This document shows, one piece after another, positions 1 to 7,170 of a stretch of DNA of 12,537 bases. The notes beneath the pieces were generated by a model, which saw only the letters and a program-made list of their open reading frames with translations, searched no databases and was not told where the DNA came from. Source of the stretch: a virus. Where the stretch lies: the UHGV virus genome UHGV-0814049; one strand, written 5' to 3'. The first letter of the stretch is position 1. The number at the start of each line of letters is the position of its first letter. The position numbers were made by a program, and so were the translations under genes.

Positions 1-950
1 ACTGCTTTTGAAAGGCCGGGGCTTTGCTCTATCTCGTTGAGAGAATCAAGCGCTGTGCTGAACGTATCAACTGCACCCTGAGCGGCGGCCTGCCTGTCAG
101 CGCGGGCTATGTCAGCCTTTTGCCGAACATCTGCCTGTTTCTGTTTTAGCTCTTCAAGCTTTAACTGATTGCTTTCTCTGGCTATTTGTCTGTCCAGAGC
201 CTTTTCTTGTAATTCTGCTCTTTGTATTTCGCGGGAAAGAGCAGCATTCTGTGCGCTGATGTTCTGTCCACGTATCTGGATGTCCTGCCCTCTCGCCTGA
301 AGTGCTTCGCTGGCCTGATTGCTGCGGATTGTCTCTGCCAGTCTGCCTCGGTCAATCTCACGACCAGCTATCTTGTCCTGAACATTGAAGTAATCAATCG
401 GACCAAGCGCAGCCATTCCAAGGTGATCAACAAACTCACCAAACCCTGAAGGATTCTGCTGATACATCTGAGCAACGTTGTTAGGGTCAACACCGACGCG
501 AGTCAGTTCCTTGGCGTTGTTTTGCAGCCATGATTTCATTGCTTCTGGAGACGATGACGCAAGGCGTGCGCCAGCCGCTAAGGTGCCGATAGAATTACGC
601 TGGTCTTCATCAATGAATCCCATGCCTTTACGAACGGATTCAATCTGGTCTGGATATTGAGTAGCCAACTGACGCAAAGCACCGCGATCACCAGACGCAT
701 AAGCATTAGCGTATGCCTGCTGAAATTCTTTCTGCCGTTGAGCCTGCTTTTCCTGCTGAAAAACACCCGCAATACCAGAAAGACCTTGCAAAGCTGTCAG
801 CCCAACATTGTTAGCGCCTGAACGCTCAATATCATTGTTCTGCCTGATAAGCTGAAGCGTGTTGCCGATGTCATTTACGCTCGGAGCGTTCGAGTTGACG
901 CCGCCGATACCAGCCAACAATCCGCCATTTGATCCTTGCCAAGTAGCCAT
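1..950 (-). CDS. gp20-like DNA-ejection (E) protein, N-terminal ~316 codons; 3' end lies beyond window start
   Basis: ATG at 948-950 (minus) sits 9 nt after the gp7 stop, with a G-rich RBS-like GGGG. Hand translation starts MATWQGSNGGLLAGIGGVNSNAPSVNDIGNT... and I found no stop in this frame down to position 1. Absent from the ORF track presumably because it has no in-window stop. Identity is inferred from position after the gp7 homolog; one 60-nt line (841-900) could not be confidently re-read, so an internal lesion is not excluded. Confidence 0.65.
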   Translation of the reverse strand, partial: MATWQGSNGGLLAGIGGVNSNAPSVNDIGNTLQLIRQNNDIERSGANNVGLTALQGLSGIAGVFQQEKQAQRQKEFQQAYANAYASGDRGALRQLATQYPDQIESVRKGMGFIDEDQRNSIGTLAAGARLASSSPEAMKSWLQNNAKELTRVGVDPNNVAQMYQQNPSGFGEFVDHLGMAALGPIDYFNVQDKIAGREIDRGRLAETIRSNQASEALQARGQDIQIRGQNISAQNAALSREIQRAELQEKALDRQIARESNQLKLEELKQKQADVRQKADIARADRQAAAQGAVDTFSTALDSLNEIEQSPGLSKA

Positions 951-959
951 GATTACCCC

Positions 960-1655
960 TTAAAACAACGAACCAAGCAGGCCAAGCCCGCCACCAATTG
1001 CAGCGCCTAATCCAGTACCAAGTCCGGGGACAATAGAGCCAAGAGCGGCCCCAGTCATAGCTCCTGAAGCTCCTCCGCTAATTGCTGTCTGAAGACCGGA
1101 TGGCTTATTGGCATTAGCAGCGGCAAGAGCTGCGCTTTGCTGTGCAATGCTGCTCATGTTGTTGGCGTACGTCTGCCCGGCGTTTGCCTGACCTTGCAGC
1201 GCACCAAGCCCAACGTTTGCCAGATTGTTGTAATTGCTCATCTGGTTTGATAACCAAGACTGACCGAGAGTCGGCGCGATCGTAGCCAGTTGATTGCTTG
1301 TGGCTGTCGAACCAAGTCCTCCCGTAGCCTCCGCAGCAGCAAGACTCTGGTAACGCGCCTGACCTGCGAGGTCTTTATACTGCTGAGAATTGTAATACTG
1401 ATTAAGTGCCTGTCCCTGACCTTCTAAACTGGAAAGGTTCTGAAGCTGGTTAACATACTGCTCCGCAAGCGGCGTGAACGGAGCAAGGTTTTTCATGATC
1501 GTCTGCCACTGCTGATTTTGCAGGTCTGCGGCATACTTCTGAGCTTCTGCGGCATACTTTGCACTTTTATCAGAACTGCCACCTTTCCCGCCTTTTTCAG
1601 GGCAATAAGGTTCCTCGCCGCGCAGTTTTCTGCCAAGCTTAAATGCATATAACAT
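960..1655 (-). CDS. gp7-like ejection protein (231 aa) with Gly/Ala-rich hydrophobic C-terminus
   Basis: ORF-track protein MLYAFKLGRKLRGEEPYCPEKGGKGG... resembles P22 gp7 as I recall it, and is similar in length (P22 gp7 ~229 aa). RBS GGGAGA upstream of ATG at 1653-1655. Sits between the gp14 and gp20 homologs as in P22. Confidence 0.8.
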   Translation of the reverse strand: MLYAFKLGRKLRGEEPYCPEKGGKGGSSDKSAKYAAEAQKYAADLQNQQWQTIMKNLAPFTPLAEQYVNQLQNLSSLEGQGQALNQYYNSQQYKDLAGQARYQSLAAAEATGGLGSTATSNQLATIAPTLGQSWLSNQMSNYNNLANVGLGALQGQANAGQTYANNMSSIAQQSAALAAANANKPSGLQTAISGGASGAMTGAALGSIVPGLGTGLGAAIGGGLGLLGSLF

Positions 1656-1657
1656 GG

Positions 1658-2113
1658 CTATCTCCCGTGATTCAGGAATTCGATTAGTTCTTCGCGTGTA
1701 GCACTGTAAAATGTCACGTCATCCACGCCTTTGAAGTATTTCTTGATGGTTCCTACACGCTTAAGTCCAATCATTGCGCAGTACATCTGACCGTGGCGGA
1801 ATTTGCGTGCGGCGAACGATGTGACGCACTGAACGGTGGTGTTAGTCAGAATGTATCGCCAGAACGCCAGCCCGATTTCCTTGCTGAAGCCACGAACCTC
1901 TGGCAGGTACATGGCGTGGCAATCGAATGTCAGCGGCTGAATCTCCTGATAGTAAACAATGCCACCAAACTGACCGTGCACGTTCACCTCAAAGTAACGG
2001 CAATCAGGTTTGTAGTCGTATCCATCACCGTTGTTGCTCCCGGCGATAATGTCAGGGTGATTTCCTACTGCTTCTATCAGGTCGATGTTTCGCGTTGGTT
2101 TGAATGTAATCAT
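1658..2113 (-). CDS. gp14-like protein (151 aa), P22 gene 14 position
   Basis: Intact ORF; start ATG overlaps the gp26 stop by 1 nt (TGATG on minus). Identity is inferred from conserved position between tail needle and gp7 homologs; the sequence itself is not independently recognised. Confidence 0.6.
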   Translation of the reverse strand: MITFKPTRNIDLIEAVGNHPDIIAGSNNGDGYDYKPDCRYFEVNVHGQFGGIVYYQEIQPLTFDCHAMYLPEVRGFSKEIGLAFWRYILTNTTVQCVTSFAARKFRHGQMYCAMIGLKRVGTIKKYFKGVDDVTFYSATREELIEFLNHGR

Positions 2114-2814
2114 CAGTCAATCAACCCATGAGTCCGTAATGCATCTTCCAGAGCTTTGATCCGCTGCCGCGCCTGCTGCAATCCTGTAGCCATAGCCGAC
2201 ACCTCAGACCGTGTGTATGTGGCACTTACCGTGTATGTCTGGTTAGCGTTGAATGAGCCGCGAAGAGCCGTACCTGTAGCCGCTGTCCACCCTGTCTGAC
2301 GAGCACCAATAACCTTGGTGCCGCCGACCGAATAGGATGTTGTTACATTGAGGGGAGATGCCAGCGATTGTGTTGCAGTGGCTGTTTTCGATACATAGTC
2401 GTCCTGTAATGCAGAAATGTTGCTCTCAGCAGTCGTAACCCGGCCATCAAGAGCGCTGACGTCAGCCTGTAAAGTGACTATTTCTCCTTCAGCCGTGGTT
2501 AGTCTGACATCCAGCGACGCGATTGCATTGGTATTTGCAGTAATACGGATTTCATGGTCGTCTACGTCGATGCGGAGCTGACGAATTCTTTCTTCGTGAT
2601 CGACCAGAATCACATCCTGCTCATCGTTCCTGACTTGTGCGTCATAAGCGCCCTGTCCGGCCTCGTTGGCCTTGTTCGCCACGTTACCAACATCAGTACC
2701 CTGTGCGATAACGTAAAGCAGATACGACTGCGAGAAGATATTGCGTGGAAGGATTGATGTATCGAGCCGCGTAGCTTGAATGATTACCGGCACATTGAGA
2801 TTCGAATCCGCCAT
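2113..2814 (-). CDS. tail needle / cell-envelope-penetrating protein, P22 gp26 family (233 aa)
   Basis: Translation [43 protein letters not shown]...LRTHGLID closely resembles P22 gp26 as I recall it, and has the same 233-aa length. Start overlaps the upstream stop (TAATG). Confidence 0.9.
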   Translation of the reverse strand: MADSNLNVPVIIQATRLDTSILPRNIFSQSYLLYVIAQGTDVGNVANKANEAGQGAYDAQVRNDEQDVILVDHEERIRQLRIDVDDHEIRITANTNAIASLDVRLTTAEGEIVTLQADVSALDGRVTTAESNISALQDDYVSKTATATQSLASPLNVTTSYSVGGTKVIGARQTGWTAATGTALRGSFNANQTYTVSATYTRSEVSAMATGLQQARQRIKALEDALRTHGLID

Positions 2815-4233
2815 TACTCAATCCTTATCTGGCTGCCAGACAGAGTGACAGGTGACTTCGTGATAACGCGCAATTTGAAGCCAACATTTTTCCTGATGCG
2901 CCCTACTCGCTTCCACAAAACGCGTTTGTCGTAAACGAACGGTTCATTCTGCTCAATCATCTGCTCACGCCCGTAATTGATGCCGTCAGTGGTTGCAGAG
3001 AGAAAAAGGCGGTCAGCATACTGCGCAACGCCAGTTGACGACTCAACCTCAAGGTCGAAAACTCTGGCGTTATCCGCTTTGAACAACGGAGTAAACAGCA
3101 GGTGTTCCTGTTGCTTGTCGTACTGGCTGCTGATATCGAACTGCAATCTCCCTGTCATCGATTCAAGCTTATCGCCGCACGTAATTTGGTTGCCTTCGTA
3201 AATGAAGTCGATAGCGCGGTACACATCGTCATACAGGCCTGTTTTCAGTACACACCATTGCGGACCATTGGCGCTTGAAGATGCGTCGTACACGAGGACG
3301 TGGCGCGGCAGGTGAATAATCAGCAACTCATGAGCATCAAACCGCAACGATTCCATCACGCCATCAGCCAGTTCATCAGCAGTGTAGGAGCGGAGGATTT
3401 TCTCAATGCTCGCGCTGGCGATTGGTGATACCTGACCGGAGCCGATGATGTATACAGACGGCGCACCTGTTGCCGGATTGCTGATGAACGCATACGAGTC
3501 AGCAAACGGCGTTTTGCAGTAAGTTCCGGCGATGCCTTTTTGCACCATCAGTGATGGCTGTGCGACATACAAAGCAGCACCAACGGTGGTTGCACCTGTC
3601 AGGGAAAAATATTCAATCGTCGATGAACCAAAGCAGACGATGAAGTCTCGCCATGTCCCGATACCGATGATGCCGTCCGGCTGAGACTCGGCACGGATAT
3701 TGTGCACTGTAGCGGTCAGGATGCGATTCGTCTTCAAGGTCAGTGATAAACCATGAATCAGTTCCGTCTTTTGACCACGCATAACGCCCACGTAAGCGCG
3801 TAATATCGCGGACTGAGCCTAACTCATACTGTGTGAATCCGCTGTCTGTAGGCCAGTTTGAGACGGTTTTAACCGTGCCATCATAGCGATACTCGACCAG
3901 TTGACCATTAACGCCTACTGCCTGTGATGTCCTACCGTGTGCCATTGATACGCGACCACTTCCGGCAACATCACCGACCTCGCTTTCGCCCTTATACAGC
4001 TTGCCTCCGCACACGCGATATACAGCATTCTGCGCCATGTTGTACTCGACGCCTCGCGATACGCCGTTCACGTCAGAGCGTTTGGCAATGCCCGGGAATG
4101 AGCGAAGATATCCGCTGCTGTTCAGGATTTCTTTGGGTGTAGCCAGCATATTCACTGGCAGATAGTCGATATAGTCGGCATTTCGGAAGTCTTTGCCGAC
4201 ACCTTTCATGAGCGGAAGTTGCTGAATCGGCAT
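2814..4233 (-). pseudogene. gp10-like tail hub / head-completion protein, interrupted by an apparent +1 frameshift near 3694-3700
   Basis: Two overlapping minus-strand ORFs (3613..4233, 206 aa; 2814..3791, 325 aa) in different frames. The first starts MPIQQLPLMKGVGKDF... and reads like gp10 up to ...HPDRYSAQY (codon at 3697-3699); the second frame picks up the protein-like sequence at RAESQPDGIIGIGTWRDF (codon at 3693-3695). Joining gives 179+293 = 472 aa, the length of P22 gp10 as I recall it. Minus-strand text ...CAATATCCGTGCCGAG... would read Y-R-A-E if one C were removed. Could be a true inactivating mutation or an assembly/sequencing indel. Confidence 0.75.
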
Positions 4234-4242
4234 TTATTCACC

Positions 4243-4704
4243 TCACGTACTCGGATCATCTTTCTCGATGTAAAACCGATTCCACGTAAACGCGCTTTTG
4301 TTACCACTACCGCGAGGCATGTCATTTCGCCGCTCAAGTGGTGGTATTTTGGTTAAAGCGATACAGATTGTTTGATATGCACTGTCAGCAGCGGTAAGGA
4401 GAGCGTCTGACGGCTGAATGACGTTATCCATGCACACTTGCACAGCGAGTTTCAAAGCGACGCCATCATTTGCCCATGCAGGGATACCTGAATCATCGTC
4501 AGGTAACGGCATGATGCCGTTTTCTGTATCAGCAAACTGATATCCAAGCTCGATACCTTTAGCCTGCCATGCTGCCATCATGTCTTCGAGGTCATTAATG
4601 GCATCTTCAATTGCCTGAGGGTCAGCATCTGTCAACGTGGCATTGGAATACAGCCCGGCTTTTCGTAAAGCCTTAAGAACGAGATCACCCTTCGTTTTCG
4701 CCAT
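4243..4704 (-). CDS. gp4-like head-to-tail adaptor / tail accessory factor (153 aa)
   Basis: Translation MAKTKGDLVLKALRKAGLYSNATLTDADPQAIEDAINDLEDMMAAWQAKG... resembles P22 gp4 as I recall it; position between coat and gp10 matches P22 order. Confidence 0.85.
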   Translation of the reverse strand: MAKTKGDLVLKALRKAGLYSNATLTDADPQAIEDAINDLEDMMAAWQAKGIELGYQFADTENGIMPLPDDDSGIPAWANDGVALKLAVQVCMDNVIQPSDALLTAADSAYQTICIALTKIPPLERRNDMPRGSGNKSAFTWNRFYIEKDDPST

Positions 4705-4873
4705 CTTCTTCCGCCTTAGCCACTTTATGCTTCGTTGCGGTTTCTTCAGGAGTTTTTACCCAGCCTTTTTTCAGGTGAGATTTAACTTCTTCGTCATCAA
4801 CAATGATGTAATCGACAGCAAACTGACCACAGGTGATCATGTTGCCAGGCTTATAGAGCATTGTTCGTGCCAT
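4685..4873 (-). CDS. small hypothetical protein (62 aa) between coat and gp4 homolog
   Basis: Track ORF 4685..4912 trimmed to the internal ATG at 4871-4873 (MARTMLYKPGNMITCGQF...), which has a GGGAGAAG RBS 5-12 nt upstream and lies just downstream of the coat-gene terminator hairpin. The 3' end overlaps the gp4-like start by 20 nt. No recognisable domain. Confidence 0.5.
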   Translation of the reverse strand: MARTMLYKPGNMITCGQFAVDYIIVDDEEVKSHLKKGWVKTPEETATKHKVAKAEEDGENEG

Positions 4874-4883
4874 TGTCTTCTCC

Positions 4884-4907
4884 CAATAAAAATGGGGCCG
4901 AAGCCCC
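4884..4907 (-). terminator. Intrinsic terminator immediately downstream of the coat gene
   Basis: Minus-strand RNA would read GGGGC-UUCG-GCCCC (5-bp GC stem, UUCG tetraloop; plus 4894-4907) followed by AUUUUUAUU (plus 4884-4892), beginning 8 nt after the coat stop (4915-4917). Confidence 0.6.
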
Positions 4908-4914
4908 ACCAAAA

Positions 4915-6168
4915 TTACTGCCCGGCAATAACGATGCCCGTATATTCAGGAACAAGTACAGAGCAACCGTACAGGGTGGTGAAACGCGCAGTGGTTACAC
5001 CTTTGATGTGGTCGAAGGCGTAAGACATGATCAGCGTAGCGCCCTGCTCGGTGGTTGCTGTCATTACCTGTGGACCCTGACCAGTTGGGAACGCCAGCTT
5101 GCCGTACATCAGTTCAACAGAACCATCAGCCCAGAACAGGTTAGCCGGTGCGGCATTTTTGTTGAGAATGGTGATTGCTGCGCTACTTGCCGCATTAGCA
5201 TCAACGTTTGCATATGGTCGGCTGGCGACATCCGCGTTGTCAGGCGGCAGAATTTTCGGGGAGATAGTTACTGTCGTTCCGCTTACTGCCAGAACGCGGA
5301 ATACCTGCGGCTGCCCGGTGGTATCTTTGGTGATCTGGTGTACAGAATTCACCCCTGCGATGGTAAACGCATCGCCAACCTGCAAACCTTCAGCAGATAC
5401 CGTAATGGTCCCCTGTCGGTTATCCACTGGCATATCGTTAGCATCTTTCGCTTCAACCTTGTGCGCAGGTGCTGCTGCCAGCGTAATGGAAGTTGCTGTA
5501 CCCTTCGGAACACGACCAGAAATATCGGTCTTGTAGCTATCGAAGGACGCAACCGGAGGGATTTGCGCTTTTTCGTATGCTGTCAGGGTTGCGCCCTGAG
5601 CATAGGCACGGTGACCAAGCTCGCCAGCAAGGTCTTTGTAGTTGAAGGGGTTCCAGAAAGAGCGACGGTTGATACCCTGAGGTACACCAATCGCCGTCAT
5701 GGTGGCATCAATACCTGCCGCACAGTTCCACAAATCACGGCCCTGTGAACCTGTGGTTGAGTCAGCCATCGTGATCACGTTAGTAGCACGCTGCGTGACC
5801 ATGGAAATCAGGTCAGAGTCAATCTGTGCAGCAAGGCGCATACCTGCGGCTCGACCAGCTTCAGTTTTATGTTCCGGGTCACGCATTTCACGCGCATCCA
5901 GAGTGTACAGAATGTTTTTCGGCTCCTTGAACACAGAAGGAACAAGGCGCTGAACCAGTGCTGTTGGCGTTTTGCTGCTGAGGTCGAGGCCTTCCTCAAT
6001 ATTCATGTGGTAATGCTGCGGACGATACAGAACATCACCTGCTCGCTGCATTGCTGTATCACCGGGACGGAATTTTTTAGCGTTACGGGAAACTACGCAG
6101 GCGGCCTCAAAGCCTTCAACGTAGTTTTCGAACATGATTTCAAGGTCTTTTGCTAATTGGTTAGCCAT
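4915..6168 (-). CDS. major capsid (coat) protein, P22 gp5 family (417 aa)
   Basis: Length and position as in P22-like phages; N-terminal pattern ...AKKFRPGDTAMQRAGDVLYRP... parallels P22 coat AKKYTPP..SMQR as I recall it. RBS GGAG upstream; followed by a terminator. Confidence 0.85.
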   Translation of the reverse strand: MANQLAKDLEIMFENYVEGFEAACVVSRNAKKFRPGDTAMQRAGDVLYRPQHYHMNIEEGLDLSSKTPTALVQRLVPSVFKEPKNILYTLDAREMRDPEHKTEAGRAAGMRLAAQIDSDLISMVTQRATNVITMADSTTGSQGRDLWNCAAGIDATMTAIGVPQGINRRSFWNPFNYKDLAGELGHRAYAQGATLTAYEKAQIPPVASFDSYKTDISGRVPKGTATSITLAAAPAHKVEAKDANDMPVDNRQGTITVSAEGLQVGDAFTIAGVNSVHQITKDTTGQPQVFRVLAVSGTTVTISPKILPPDNADVASRPYANVDANAASSAAITILNKNAAPANLFWADGSVELMYGKLAFPTGQGPQVMTATTEQGATLIMSYAFDHIKGVTTARFTTLYGCSVLVPEYTGIVIAGQ

Positions 6169-6186
6169 GCTTAATGCTCCGATAGG

Positions 6187-7080
6187 TTATTTTTTTGCCT
6201 TTTTAGCGGCGAAATACGGCGTCCAGTCACCAGTTTCCAGCGCCTTGGCTTTCAGTTTGTCGAGGTTGTTGATTACTGCGCCGTTGCTCCCCTTAACTGT
6301 CGGGGTTGTGGCTGCCGTGTTTTTTGCTTTTGGCATGATTCTGGCCTTCGATTCGATACGTTCCAGCAGACGACCAATTGCTACGGGGTTGGTAGCTTCT
6401 GCCAGTTGCTTGCGCAGTTCAGCGTTGCGACCGAGCGCCAGAACAACGATTTCCGGCTTCTCTGACTCAAACAGGATCGCGTTTTGTGTCTCGATGGGGA
6501 TTTCCTCGAGTACGGCCTGTTCTGCTTCCTGATAGCCAGGAACCTTGAGAGCCTTAACACGTTGCTGATATTTGGATAATCGCTCTTGATAGGCAGCCTG
6601 AAGCTCCTGCTCCTTCTGCTTGCGAGCCATCTCCTGTTGCTGGTACTTGCCGTTATCCTCTGCCCACTTAGCCATGCGTTGCTGGTAGATTTCTTCATCG
6701 AAACCGATGTCCTCATCATCCAGTTTTGGCATTCGCGGTGGTTGAGTGATTACCGGCTGCTGCTCGACGGGTTTCTGAGACTGACGCATCAGCTCTTTCA
6801 GCTCACGGTCTTTCTCTTTAATCGTCTTGCGCAGGTGTTTTACCAGTCCATGCTCTGCGCCATCTTCGCTGGTTGGCGAATCCAGCTTTTCGTCACCAAA
6901 GTAGAATTCCTGTTCTGATTCGTCGGCATCAGTTTCAGTAGCTTCCTCTACATCATTGCCGGAGGACTCACTGCCATCTTCTGTTTCGACTTCTTCAGCC
7001 AGTTCGACATCATCAGGAATCTGCTCTGACGCGTCGGTTTCGATTTCAACTTCTGGTGTGTTTTCTGCCATCTGGTCCAT
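6187..7080 (-). CDS. scaffolding protein, P22 gp8-like (297 aa)
   Basis: Located between portal and coat. Very acidic N-terminal ~75 aa, a central charged helical region rich in E/K/Q/R, and a basic C-terminal tail (...ETGDWTPYFAAKKAKK) consistent with a coat-binding helix-turn-helix end. Length close to P22 gp8 (~303 aa). Confidence 0.8.
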   Translation of the reverse strand: MDQMAENTPEVEIETDASEQIPDDVELAEEVETEDGSESSGNDVEEATETDADESEQEFYFGDEKLDSPTSEDGAEHGLVKHLRKTIKEKDRELKELMRQSQKPVEQQPVITQPPRMPKLDDEDIGFDEEIYQQRMAKWAEDNGKYQQQEMARKQKEQELQAAYQERLSKYQQRVKALKVPGYQEAEQAVLEEIPIETQNAILFESEKPEIVVLALGRNAELRKQLAEATNPVAIGRLLERIESKARIMPKAKNTAATTPTVKGSNGAVINNLDKLKAKALETGDWTPYFAAKKAKK

Positions 7081-7170
7081 TTGTTACCCCTGTTTACTCG
7101 ATGTTCAGCCCATCGGAAGGCAATAGGGTGCCAGGCCTCATAAAGACAGCCATTGCACGTTATGGGTTAA

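Noticed and set aside
222-772. Track ORFs 222..449 (+), 478..660 (+) and 578..772 (-)
   Set aside because: All fall within the long open minus-strand frame I assign to the gp20-like gene and are in other frames; likely spurious.
3690-3700. Programmed ribosomal frameshift in the gp10-like gene
   Set aside because: No slippery heptamer or downstream structure is evident, and P22-like phages are not known to frameshift here; a mutation or sequencing indel is more parsimonious.
4861-5748. 295-aa plus-strand ORF (and neighbours 5099..5536, 4637..5023) antisense to the coat gene
   Set aside because: Lies entirely within the well-supported minus-strand coat gene; the translation is Cys/Arg-rich and low-complexity with no RBS context. 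Typical shadow ORF.
6134-6918. Plus-strand ORFs 6134..6532 and 6586..6918 and minus ORF 6381..6719 within the scaffold gene
   Set aside because: Overlap the scaffold coding sequence in alternative frames or antisense; hydrophobic or Arg/Ser-rich junk translations.
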